From the NCBI GenBank assembly GCA_963692915.1, contig OY843584.1, forward strand, positions 512,001-576,000: a stretch of 64,000 nt of DNA, written 5' to 3'. Numbering within the stretch: the first letter of the stretch is position 1; every line of letters begins with the position of its first letter. Under the pieces are notes generated by a model. It searched no databases, was not told where the DNA came from, and saw nothing but the letters and a program-made list of their open reading frames with translations. Source of the stretch: Cenarchaeum sp. (GTDB lineage: Archaea > Thermoproteota > Nitrososphaeria > Nitrososphaerales > Nitrosopumilaceae). Shown here in pieces: positions 41,587-50,777 of this stretch. Position numbers and translations under genes: made by a program.

Positions 41587-41630
41587 TGCGCTAGTGCCGG
41601 CGCGTTTGTATTTAATCGCTCGCCGCACGG

Positions 41631-42300
41631 GGCGTTGTTTCATAACCACGCCTAGGTGCCATCCACGCAGGCCCCGCCCCGAGCGAGGCGCGTGGCTGCC
41701 GCGACCGAAACACAAATGGATCGGCTCGCGGGCAGGCAACGCGTTGGCCGGCGAAGCGGATGCAAAGTACGTTGACAGGGGAAGGATACTCGTCATGCCC
41801 GCCAGCACGGAGGTCGCGCGGCGCGAGCTCGCCGAGGCGAGCAGGAAAAAGCCCGGCAGACCGTTCCTCTGCCCGAAGTCGCTCGTCATCCAGCTCGCCC
41901 TGGTGCGCGCCCTGTTCGGCGTCTGCCACAGGGAGCTGGAGGAGCTCCTCGCCGAGTCCCTGCACGGCGAGTTTGGTATCGGGTTCGTCCAGATATGGCG
42001 CAGGGTGTCGGGGTCGACGTCGGGTTCTCATCGCGCGACGGCTTGTTCACGTTCAACAACTCGCTCACCAGCGACGCCGGGGAAACCGAGGTCGCGTTTG
42101 ACGGCACGGCCTCAGGTAGGGAGGAGCGGCGCGTGGAAGCTGGAGAAGTGGAAGGTTCGTTTCGGCTTCGTCAGGCTCACGCTGGCAGTCCACGCCGAGG
42201 ACAAGATGATCATCGCCATGACGGTGACGGGCGACGCGACGTCGAAACTCTCGCAGTTCCCAAAGCTGCTGCGCGCGGTGGTGGACGCGCGCGCAGTTCG
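41631..42300 (+). mobile_element. Truncated, frameshifted IS5-family (IS903-group-like) transposase relic
   Basis: GGCGTTGTTTCATAAC putative left TIR at 41631; peptide blocks RGRIL..KKPGRPF..RELE..QIWRRV / EVAFDGT / WKLEKWKVRFGFVRLTLAV..IIAMTVT split over two frames; C-terminal part and right end missing. Confidence 0.75.
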
Positions 42301-43022
42301 TCAGGACGCGTGGCAGCCATCGTCGAGGAGCTGGGCAAACAACGCGAGGTACAGCAGGCAGCATCAGAAAAATATCGACGATCATGTCGACGCCCGAGTT
42401 TGTCGAACGCTCTAAACATCTTGAGGCGCTTGAAAAGTTAGGTGCCGAACGAACCGCACTTGATCTGGAGATAGGCGGATCATTTACAAGGATAAGCCAT
42501 CCACTCTCAAAGTACGTCTATGTCACTTCACTTGACAAAGAAAAAAAAACCGTAATGGCCAGGATGCTTGCCGAGCCGGCGGTTGCCCTGCGCGAGTCCG
42601 GCCCTGACATTGTGCTTGACATACTTGTTCACGTCAGAAAGGCAGTCTCATCAGCATCCGTCTCCGTAAAGGACATATCGAAATCCGAGGAACAGATAGA
42701 CGCAGTGTCTGCCGGTCTTGGGGAGTTTGTCTCGCGCATGGCGTCACTGGAGGAGCGCAAGGGCGAGATTGCCGAGCGCGTTCGCTCCTTTGACTCCTCG
42801 CAGCTTGACTCTGCGCGCGCAACGCTCGAGCGAGCCACGTCTGACATTGTGGCACTAGAGTCGCGCGAGCGCGAGATTCGGGCCGATGCCGTGGCCGCCG
42901 AGGCCGAGATTCCCTCGGCCCTCAAGGCGCTAGAGTCGCGCATGCGAGCCGTGACGTCAGTCGCGTACACCTTCGGATGCCTGACGCCTAGCAATCGGGT
43001 TTTGCAGGATGGCCAGATCTAG
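42300..43022 (+). pseudogene. 3' fragment of a coiled-coil host gene (SbcC-like hypothetical), 5'-truncated and frameshifted
   Basis: Coiled-coil peptide abuts the IS relic; apparent 1-bp deletion in the A-run near 42367-42372 separates GRVAAIVEEL..SEK from STIMSTPEF..FTRISHPLSKY. Confidence 0.55.
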
Positions 43023-43281
43023 TAGTGTCACACTTTGCCGTACGGGCGCTGCTGTGACGGCATTAGCAGGCGTCATGGCGGTAGCCGTCAACATCCGCTC
43101 TAAATATCTCATGCCGTGATCATGTTTTGTCATTATACCCCCTAACTTTTTGTGATTTTGGGCGTTTTTCACACTTTTTCAAGGGGTATTTGATCACTGT
43201 TCAAAAACCAAATGATTTTACCTTTCTTTATATACTCATTTGGCATTTCTTTATAAAGAGATAGTGGCCTGACTGGCACGG

Positions 43282-45135
43282 TTGACCCAGCACAAGATTG
43301 ACGTAACACCGGACAAGAGCCTCATCAAGAAGCTGGGGAGTGTAGGGTACCGAACCGAGCAGGCCATAGCAGAACTGATTGACAACTCTATCGACGCCCG
43401 CCTAGACGGTACGCTAGAGACGATCAGGATAGTCTTGGACTTTGCGAATCGAACGATTTCTGTCCGTGACGACGGCGCCGGAATGGATCTGGGTGCACTC
43501 AGGAACTCGTGGGTGCTTGGAGCACACTCAAAGTCATCAAACTCGAGCCTTGGCATGTTTGGAATTGGCATGAAGAGCGCATGCTCAGCCCTGGGCAAGT
43601 CGTTTTCGGTCAGGACAACAACTGCGGGTTCCACGGCTGAACTTTACGCAAAATATGATGAAGATGAGTGGCTTGGAAGTTCAGGAGGGTGGGATGACTT
43701 TGAGGTTACTGAAACCCCCGCTGATGCAGATACGCACGGAACAGAAGTCGTCGTGTCAAAGATCAATGTCGCGCTTTATCGTGCACAGGCTGCACAATTT
43801 CGAAAGCGCTTTGGAACACGCTATGCCCAGCATATGTTGGATCAACAAATAAAGATCACTGTCAACAACAAGCCATGCAGACCAATTGAGCCAGATATTG
43901 ACTATAAAACCAAAAAAAACCTTGACATTTCCCTGTCTGATGGTAATCGCATCCATGGGTGGATTGCGCTTTTACGTCAATATTCAGTCAAGGGCGATTA
44001 TGGGTTTAACCTGTATCAAAACAGTAGACTAATCAGCTCTCACGCCAAATTTGGAATTCGTTACCATCCGGCAGTATCTCGTGTGGTTGGAAATCTGCAT
44101 TTGGATCATGTCCCAGTAAATGTTCTTAAAACCGGGTTTTTGCCTGACACATACGAATATGCACAATCTTTTAAAGCAATTGAGAACGATCCGACTGTCA
44201 AAAAACTCATCAATGAGTCTGAACCTCATGAAAAATTTAGTAGTGACTATGCCTCTGTTTTCAGAAATGATGTGCCACCGACAAAAATTCCACGTATTGG
44301 AGATGTGAACGCCTCTCGTTTGCTTCGCAATATGATCTCTGTGGATGTACTTGACACTGCGTCTCCTCGTATGGCGCTGGAGGATTGTGACACTGGGGTG
44401 TACCGCATTGAAGGTAGTGGCGACGAAACAAAAGTCATTGTTAATCGACAAAGTGCCGTGTTTCGGGCATTTAAAAATCCGCTGTTTTTGTTGGGAATGT
44501 TGCGTCTTGAAGCTCAAACTCTATCCGGTCATTCTGAAGCACAGCGTCTAATCACAAAAAGAAACAAAACATGGGAACAGTTTGTGGATTCACACTCTAT
44601 TAATCGTGATATCAAACGTATAGGATCCAATGACACATTGCCCAATAATCTTGTGAAGCTGCGTAGTTCAATTATGGGAGAGTTTTCAGAGCGGTTCCAG
44701 TTTACGGCTCTATCGATCTTGTGGCCACATCTCATTAACGCATATCGTATATTGCCCTACACAGTATATGTTGCGCGAGGTTACGGCCAACTGTTAAAAC
44801 ATGTTGTATCGCAACAGAGTGGTTATCACGCAATTTTAAATCCTGACCCTGGACAGGTGCATCAAATACTGGAAGCACGAGATGGCGGGGCACTCGTGAT
44901 AATACGTGAGCGATCTGATGTGCCCAAGTTAACTGCTGCATCGTATGCCAAAGCTTGGGTTGATCTATTTGTCGAGATACGACACGAACGTGTTGGAGTT
45001 TATGAAGAAGAGCTTGAGATGCTGTGGGATCTTGAGGACCACAGCTTGCTTACTATGAACCAAGTACTTTCATATGCGAAACGCCGCAGTGTTGCACAAG
45101 AGGTGGCTAAATACACTGGGGATGACACCACGTGA
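43282..45135 (+). CDS. MORC-like GHKL ATPase with putative C-terminal AbiEi-like antitoxin domain
   Basis: AIAELIDNSIDA, DDGAGM, GMFGIGMKSA, HGT, S5-fold GFNLYQNSRLI..LKTGF; C-terminal ASYAKAWVDL..LSYAKRR; AT-rich. Confidence 0.8.
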   Translation: MTQHKIDVTPDKSLIKKLGSVGYRTEQAIAELIDNSIDARLDGTLETIRIVLDFANRTISVRDDGAGMDLGALRNSWVLGAHSKSSNSSLGMFGIGMKSACSALGKSFSVRTTTAGSTAELYAKYDEDEWLGSSGGWDDFEVTETPADADTHGTEVVVSKINVALYRAQAAQFRKRFGTRYAQHMLDQQIKITVNNKPCRPIEPDIDYKTKKNLDISLSDGNRIHGWIALLRQYSVKGDYGFNLYQNSRLISSHAKFGIRYHPAVSRVVGNLHLDHVPVNVLKTGFLPDTYEYAQSFKAIENDPTVKKLINESEPHEKFSSDYASVFRNDVPPTKIPRIGDVNASRLLRNMISVDVLDTASPRMALEDCDTGVYRIEGSGDETKVIVNRQSAVFRAFKNPLFLLGMLRLEAQTLSGHSEAQRLITKRNKTWEQFVDSHSINRDIKRIGSNDTLPNNLVKLRSSIMGEFSERFQFTALSILWPHLINAYRILPYTVYVARGYGQLLKHVVSQQSGYHAILNPDPGQVHQILEARDGGALVIIRERSDVPKLTAASYAKAWVDLFVEIRHERVGVYEEELEMLWDLEDHSLLTMNQVLSYAKRRSVAQEVAKYTGDDTT

Positions 45136-46220
45136 TTGTTGATGGTCTAACTAGACGTGATCTCAAGTCAAGAACTACTAAATTTGGTTTTGCTGACTCG
45201 GGCTATCTTGAAAAGTTTATGATGGATTTTGATGCCTACATTGCACTATCTAATGTGAGAAAATGTTATGTTCGTGGAGGCATGTGTGTGCCTTTTTATG
45301 TTGATTCTAAACATCGCCGTTTCAGTAAAGATCTAGATGTATATGTGACTTGTTCAGTTGACGAGATCATCGAAAAAGTTTCTGCTGCATTGTTGGATGT
45401 GGGATTTACGCGTGTTACGCCCTATAATCATCGTGGCAATCAGTCTATGATGAATAACTGGGTTCGTTTTAAGGCTTCCTATGTTCCCGTGGGCTCTTCG
45501 GATCATCCATCTGCTTCTAGTCAACAAGATTCAATATCTGTTGATATCACATGTGGGATTGATGCTGCTCAGCTTGACACTACTCTCCTAGAACAAGAGC
45601 AAAATTTATTTGACTTTAAAATACCGCCTCCAATTCACACACTTTCTAGAGGGGCGCTTATCGCAGACAAAATTACTTCACTGGGGTGTGGGCCTGTGGG
45701 ATATCCTACGCCTGCAGGACGTTCTAAGCCTTTGGGATATTCTGAGCCTGAACCTACGCCAAAGCAGATCTATGATATTGGCATGCTGCTGCGCAAAACA
45801 ACAACCGATGATCTTATTATTATGGTACAGATGTACAATTATTTAACAAATTTTAAATTAACAAACGGAAATCGCAATTTTGGACTAGCGAAAGTAATTC
45901 AAAGCGTTAAATCATATATTTCTACCATTTTAACAAATGACACCTTACCTCGGCTGACCAGCGCACACAGCGATCATTTTTTCATTTTTTCTCACAGTAT
46001 GCTTTCAAAACCCCATATTGACGAAGTTGAACATTCAAAAAATATCATGTTGACTTTACTCTGTGCAGACTTTCTTGAACGTTCTCTTGATGCCTCTGCC
46101 TCAAATGAACAATTGGCTGAACGTATGCAAGATACACTCGATGCTGCATTTGAACTTGAAATACTTGAAGACCAGATATCGTATTTAAAGCGACATGTTG
46201 AGGGTATGGGCTCACCTTGA
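45132..46220 (+). CDS. AbiEii/AbiGii-like nucleotidyltransferase toxin
   Basis: RGGMCV..RRFSKDLDV, ISVDI, LIADKITSL, KQIYDI; GTGA overlap with the ATPase stop. Confidence 0.82.
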   Translation: MIVDGLTRRDLKSRTTKFGFADSGYLEKFMMDFDAYIALSNVRKCYVRGGMCVPFYVDSKHRRFSKDLDVYVTCSVDEIIEKVSAALLDVGFTRVTPYNHRGNQSMMNNWVRFKASYVPVGSSDHPSASSQQDSISVDITCGIDAAQLDTTLLEQEQNLFDFKIPPPIHTLSRGALIADKITSLGCGPVGYPTPAGRSKPLGYSEPEPTPKQIYDIGMLLRKTTTDDLIIMVQMYNYLTNFKLTNGNRNFGLAKVIQSVKSYISTILTNDTLPRLTSAHSDHFFIFSHSMLSKPHIDEVEHSKNIMLTLLCADFLERSLDASASNEQLAERMQDTLDAAFELEILEDQISYLKRHVEGMGSP

Positions 46221-46443
46221 CAATTTTGCCACATCGGACATCTTACCGCTGTGGTGGGCGTGTCCTGTCTCGAACATTTTCACGCATGCCGTTTCTTGCA
46301 AACGTGCGGAGTCTGGCGGCCATGTTTTCTGGATCCTGCTAGATTGACATGGTGCCCTGCCGCCTGTCGACTCCAATACTGACGCGTGGTCATGGCACAT
46401 CGCCATGAGTGCAGTTAAATCCAGCCACGTGTGCCTGCTGCGC

Positions 46444-47271
46444 ATGAACCTCGTGGCCTCTGGCAAGGTAAAGGACGTCTATGACGCCGGTGACGGCCTC
46501 TTGAGATTTCACTTTAGTGACCGTGTCTCGGCATATGACGTAAAGTTTGTCGAGCCGATCCCAAAAAAGGGTGAAATTCTCTGCAAGTTTGCCGAGTTTT
46601 GGTTTGGCGAGCTTGGGGTGCCTAGCCACTTTGTTCGGCGTGTCTCGGACACTGACATGCTCGTTAGGCGAATGAAGATGCTGCCGATCGAGTGTGTCGC
46701 ACGGGGGTATCTGTATGGCAGCCTCTATGACCGTCATCTGCGTGGCGAGTCAGGACTCCGGCTTGATGACGAACGCCACGCGGCCAGGCTGCCTGAGGCA
46801 ATATTTGACCCAACCACAAAGGCCGAGCACGACGAGCCTGTGACGCGCGACTCGGCAATCCGTATGGGCCTTGTGAGCGCCGCTCAATATGACTCCCTAG
46901 AGTCAATGACGCTAAAGATATACGGCCAGATGGCATCAGTGGCAGAGCGTGCGGGATTTGTCATGGCTGACCTAAAGCTGGAGTTTGGCATGCTTGGTGG
47001 GAAGATTGTCCTGGGCGACTCTATTGGGCCAGACGAGTTTCGGATGTGGCCATCAGAGTCATACGAGCCCGGACGCGTGCAGGACGCATATGACAAGCAG
47101 ATACTGCGCGACTGGCTGGCCGCCGGCGGTCACAAGGACAGATTTGAGCGCGAACGCGCCGCCGGAGAGGCGCCACGGCCGCCGATGATACCGTCAGAGA
47201 TTATCGGCACAATGACGGGGCGCTATGTTGACGCCTATGAGCGCATAACGGGCAGGCCGCTAGACGCATAG
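46444..47271 (+). CDS. purC: SAICAR synthase
   Basis: [51 protein letters not shown]. Confidence 0.95.
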   Translation: MNLVASGKVKDVYDAGDGLLRFHFSDRVSAYDVKFVEPIPKKGEILCKFAEFWFGELGVPSHFVRRVSDTDMLVRRMKMLPIECVARGYLYGSLYDRHLRGESGLRLDDERHAARLPEAIFDPTTKAEHDEPVTRDSAIRMGLVSAAQYDSLESMTLKIYGQMASVAERAGFVMADLKLEFGMLGGKIVLGDSIGPDEFRMWPSESYEPGRVQDAYDKQILRDWLAAGGHKDRFERERAAGEAPRPPMIPSEIIGTMTGRYVDAYERITGRPLDA

Positions 47272-47526
47272 CCTAGCGCCATGGGCCATTGTTGGGTTCT
47301 CAGAATGCCAATCTGCCGTGATGCTTCCATGCGGGGGCTAGATTGCGTGCCTTTCTTGCCTGTATTCATGCGTGCATAGGGAGATCCTGGCAGTTCGTGA
47401 CCTCATATTGGCTGTGTGAGCATGCCGACTATGCGTAAAGACTCTAATCGTACTCCCAGGCGCGCCGGCGCTGATGCCCATTGTGCCTCAACGTGCCGCC
47501 GGAGCGCCGCCACAGTGGCGATCCGG

Positions 47527-47730
47527 TTATTTCCAATATCCATTGTATCATTTCATAACAAATCATATTATTATGATATATATCATTAGTCTTAATTCTA
47601 ATGTTAGCATTATAAGATATTTCCTATTACAACTATATGTATCGTATAATAGGGATATTATTCAGTTTCCTATTATCAATATCATTCAAATGAATAATAG
47701 TGCTCTAATTCTAATAAGTGTAAACTAGAC
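47527..47730. promoter_or_regulatory. Extremely AT-rich intergenic island with internal repeats and a palindrome
   Basis: Abrupt AT-rich block in GC-rich DNA; ATGATATATATCAT palindrome at 47573-47586; TTTCCTATTA x2; TAATTCTAAT x2. Confidence 0.6.
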
Positions 47731-47791
47731 TCTATGCGAGCGGTCAAAAAATGCTGATCTTTCCCACTTTTGGCCTGGTGGGACGCACGGG

Positions 47792-48319
47792 ATGCCGATG
47801 GAGACACTGGTAGACCGCCCTGTCAGCGTGACGAGGACTATAGCGTCGAGTCCTGATGAGGCAAGCGCGATAGCGGATCCCGTGAGGGCAGCCATAGTCG
47901 CGCTCCTCTATCGCCGGACGCTGACGGCCGAGCAGATATTCGAGCGTCTAGGCAGGCGTGGCAAGAAAAAGGCGCTCACGACGGTGCGCCACCACATCGA
48001 CGTCCTCCGCTCCGCCGGCCTAGTGGACATTGTGAAGGTCGTAGAGTCTCGAGGAGGAGTGACAAAGCACTATGGAACCTCCACGAGGCTCCTCATGCAG
48101 AACCCCCAGGATGATTTTGACGAGCAGCACTCGGATGCCATTGCAGCTGCAACCGTTGGCCTTGCGGCCGTCATAGAGTCAGCAGGCGCGAACATTGCGC
48201 CAAAGGATGGCAAAAAACGCGTTGATCCGGCGCACAGACACTATGTCGTCGCCGAGATACTAAACCGCGCAATGACTGCGGCCATGGAGCGTGGCTCGCG
48301 CGCACCGTCAGGGTCATAG
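47792..48319 (+). CDS. ArsR-like winged-HTH transcriptional regulator
   Basis: AIADPVRAAIVALL..LTTVRHHIDVLRSAGLV..GGVTKHY. Confidence 0.85.
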   Translation: MPMETLVDRPVSVTRTIASSPDEASAIADPVRAAIVALLYRRTLTAEQIFERLGRRGKKKALTTVRHHIDVLRSAGLVDIVKVVESRGGVTKHYGTSTRLLMQNPQDDFDEQHSDAIAAATVGLAAVIESAGANIAPKDGKKRVDPAHRHYVVAEILNRAMTAAMERGSRAPSGS

Positions 48320-48423
48320 CCTGCTGACATGGCCGGAGGCGTGCCCAGTCGGCGATTATGGGCACGGGAACCCCTCTTGCGCCTGTCTGGTGGGCGCATG
48401 TGCTGTATGGGGCGCATTTGGCA

Positions 48424-48449
48424 TATTTCTAAACTCGAGTTTAGAAATA
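48424..48449. repeat. 26-bp perfect palindrome, copy 1
   Basis: TATTTCTAAACTCGAGTTTAGAAATA. Confidence 0.9.
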
Positions 48450-48903
48450 CATAATTTGTGACCATGCGCGCCTCGCAGACTCGTGTATGTGCCCCATGGC
48501 CATGTTACGCACAAGAGCTAAACCCCCCTGTGGGGGGAGCCGGTTCACGAGGGAGTCCATTTTTCTGAAAATGGCCGATCTGGAGGGGGGTTGAGCACCC
48601 ACGCCTAGATCGGACAGACAACGCTCAAACCATGGGGCTAGCTGTCCTGCGGGTGCCCCGTTGTGCAATGTCATGCCTAAAAGCTAAACCCCGTGATCTT
48701 TGCCGTTCAGGTGGTGGCTCGGTCCACAGATCTTCGCGCATGGCCGGCTGACGTGTGTCAGACGCGCCAGGATGGGCATAAATGACGCATGAGCCCACCC
48801 CCCGCACCCATGCTGCGCGCCGCCGCACAATCATGCTGGCGCTGTTGTGGCACATGTGGCCAGGCGCAGTCTCGCGCTGGGCTGCCATGTGCGATATTGT
48901 GTA

Positions 48904-48925
48904 TTTCTAAACTCGAGTTTAGAAA
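48904..48925. repeat. 22-bp perfect palindrome, copy 2
   Basis: TTTCTAAACTCGAGTTTAGAAA, identical to the core of copy 1. Confidence 0.9.
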
Positions 48926-48928
48926 ACC

Positions 48929-49174
48929 CTATGTGGCCGCACTGCGGACTCTTTCTTGCGTTATGGCAATCTCGACGGCCTCTAGGGGGCTTGCCTCCTC
49001 GTTGCGCCGTATGGAGAACATCTTTGGCCGCTCAAAGTCGCGCGTGCAGTCAGGGCACGCATAGACTAGAACGCGGTGCTCATTTGGCGCCTTTGGGTTT
49101 GAGAGGCGAGGATAGTACACGAGACGCGCACCACAATCCACACAGTACCTGTTAACCCTGCGCGTCCTGGCCAT
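48929..49174 (-). CDS. Small zinc-ribbon protein
   Basis: MARTRRVNRYCVDCGARL..YACPDC, 81 aa. Confidence 0.7.
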   Translation of the reverse strand: MARTRRVNRYCVDCGARLVYYPRLSNPKAPNEHRVLVYACPDCTRDFERPKMFSIRRNEEASPLEAVEIAITQERVRSAAT

Positions 49175-49290
49175 GCAAACCTCCTGCGTGGAGTATTGGC
49201 GATGGTGCATATTAGATCGGCATAGTCTAACAGAGTCGACCAAATGGTTCCCTCTGGGGCATGTGGGGGCGCGCACGGAACCCTGTGTGG

Positions 49291-49367
49291 TGGCGCCGCC
49301 CGACAGACTTGAACTGTCGACCAACGGATTAACAGTCCGTTGCTCTACCACGCTGAGCTAGGGCGGC
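49291..49367 (-). tRNA. tRNA-Asn(GTT), CCA encoded
   Basis: GCCGCCCTAGCTCAGCGTGGTAGAGCAACGGACTGTTAATCCGTTGGTCGACAGTTCAAGTCTGTCGGGCGGCGCCA folds as a cloverleaf with anticodon GTT. Confidence 0.96.
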
Positions 49368-49438
49368 AGCGCGCCGCCTTTGGAATGTTGCGATTTAACC
49401 CTTGCGTGCCCTGTGGGCGTGGGGCGCAGGCGGGCACC

Positions 49439-49587
49439 TGTCTGGTGCCCCATGGCCATCATGTCTGGTGCCCCATGGCCATCATGTCTGGTGCCCCATG
49501 GCCATCATGTCTGGTGCCCCATGGCCATCATGTCTGGTGCCCCATGGCCATCATGTCTGGTGCCCCATGGCCATCATGTCTGGTGCC
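49439..49587. repeat. Perfect 23-bp tandem repeat, 6 copies plus 11 bp
   Basis: Unit TGTCTGGTGCCCCATGGCCATCA from 49439 with period 23; no spacers. Confidence 0.97.
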
Positions 49588-49657
49588 TGCAGGTGCGCAT
49601 ATCGGCGGGCCACAGAGTCGGGCCGTGCGCCCTGATGGGCAGGACATTGGCCTGCCG

Positions 49658-50212
49658 CTAGGACTCTATGCCGCGTTTCTTGTCGTACGTGTAGATGCCG
49701 TCAAGAAAGACCCTGTGGTCCTTTTTCTTTATGCGGGTGTTTTGCTGTATGTTGGCTGCCGTCTGCGTCACGTCGGTGAGCACGGGGCCTGTGAGGACCA
49801 CGTCATCGCCCTTTACGGTGACCTTTGTGTCCCCGACGATGCGCGCGCGGCGCGGCGCGTGCTCGCCCTGAAAGTTCTCCACCAGGACCATCCCAGAGTC
49901 AACCTTTACGGAGACCGGAAAGTGCGCATAGACGACCTTCATCTTTAGGGTATAGCCCTCCCTGATTCCATCGACCAGGTTTCGCACCAGGGAGCGTGAG
50001 GTGTTTAGTATGGCATAGTCGCGCTTTTTGGAGTCTCGTGCGCTCAGGTTTATGGTCCCCTCGCCGATCTCGACGTCGACGGGTATCTTTCTAAAGTTCT
50101 TGTACGTGTGGCCAAGCGGTCCCTCGACACGCATGACTCCGCGCCTCATGCTGATTGTGACGCCCTCTGGCACGTCGACTGTTGTCTTTAGGCGGTCAGG
50201 ACTAGTACGCAT
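49658..50212 (-). CDS. rpl6: 50S ribosomal protein L6 (uL6)
   Basis: VEGPLG, VYAHFP, RVFLDGIY; operon position. Confidence 0.95.
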   Translation of the reverse strand: MRTSPDRLKTTVDVPEGVTISMRRGVMRVEGPLGHTYKNFRKIPVDVEIGEGTINLSARDSKKRDYAILNTSRSLVRNLVDGIREGYTLKMKVVYAHFPVSVKVDSGMVLVENFQGEHAPRRARIVGDTKVTVKGDDVVLTGPVLTDVTQTAANIQQNTRIKKKDHRVFLDGIYTYDKKRGIES

Positions 50213-50594
50213 AGCCCACCAAAAACCCCCCAATTCCCATCTTTGTCGCGTCGTGGTGCGACATGACGCCGTGGTTTGTCGTCACGACTAGTATACCGCG
50301 GTCATACGATGGCAGGTAGCGCTGCTCCCAGAACGCATACTCGTCCTTTTTGACCTTGAAGCGAGGTGATATTGCGCCACACTTTGTTATCTTTGCGACA
50401 AGGCCAACGCGGAACTTGCCCCCGCGGCCATCCTCAATCCTCTCATACTCGCCGACATAGCCGTCCTTTTGGAGCGTCTTGAGAACCTCCGCACACAGTC
50501 CGGACGTGGGAAACACGGTGCACTCGGCCTTGCGTCGTGCCTCTGTGTTGTATAGTGTTACGAACATGTTTGCTAGTACGTTAGTGGCCGGCAT
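50202..50594 (-). CDS. rps8: 30S ribosomal protein S8 (uS8)
   Basis: EDGRGGKF, CGAISPRF, GILVVTT..GVMSH. Confidence 0.95.
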   Translation of the reverse strand: MPATNVLANMFVTLYNTEARRKAECTVFPTSGLCAEVLKTLQKDGYVGEYERIEDGRGGKFRVGLVAKITKCGAISPRFKVKKDEYAFWEQRYLPSYDRGILVVTTNHGVMSHHDATKMGIGGFLVGYAY

Positions 50595-50600
50595 CATCAA

Positions 50601-50777
50601 TCACATGTATTTCCTGAATCCCAGAGAGCCGGCGACCTCCCTAAAGCACCTGCGGCATATCATAAGATCGTACTTTTGAATGACTGCGGTATAGTCGCCG
50701 CACCTCTTGCACCAGCGCGAACCGCGCCCAAAAGAGTGCTCCTTGCGGCCGGTAAACTCGTACGAGCGATCCTTCAT
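50601..50777 (-). CDS. rps14: 30S ribosomal protein S14 (uS14, zinc type)
   Basis: Read directly: MKDRSYE..GRGSRWCKRCG..IQKYDLMICRRCFRE..GFRKYM (58 aa). Confidence 0.95.
   Translation of the reverse strand: MKDRSYEFTGRKEHSFGRGSRWCKRCGDYTAVIQKYDLMICRRCFREVAGSLGFRKYM

Noticed and set aside
47474-47728. 84-aa Ile/Asn-rich ORF over the AT island
   Set aside because: Its composition mirrors the AT bias; no recognisable motif or host-like codon usage.
46300-49300. Integrated element at tRNA-Asn
   Set aside because: No integrase and no duplicated tRNA 3' end (att) found; purC and the regulator look like host genes.
49340-49948. CRISPR array or Cys/His repeat proteins over the 23-bp array
   Set aside because: No spacers; the ORFs are translations of the repeat and overlap the tRNA and rpl6 antisense.
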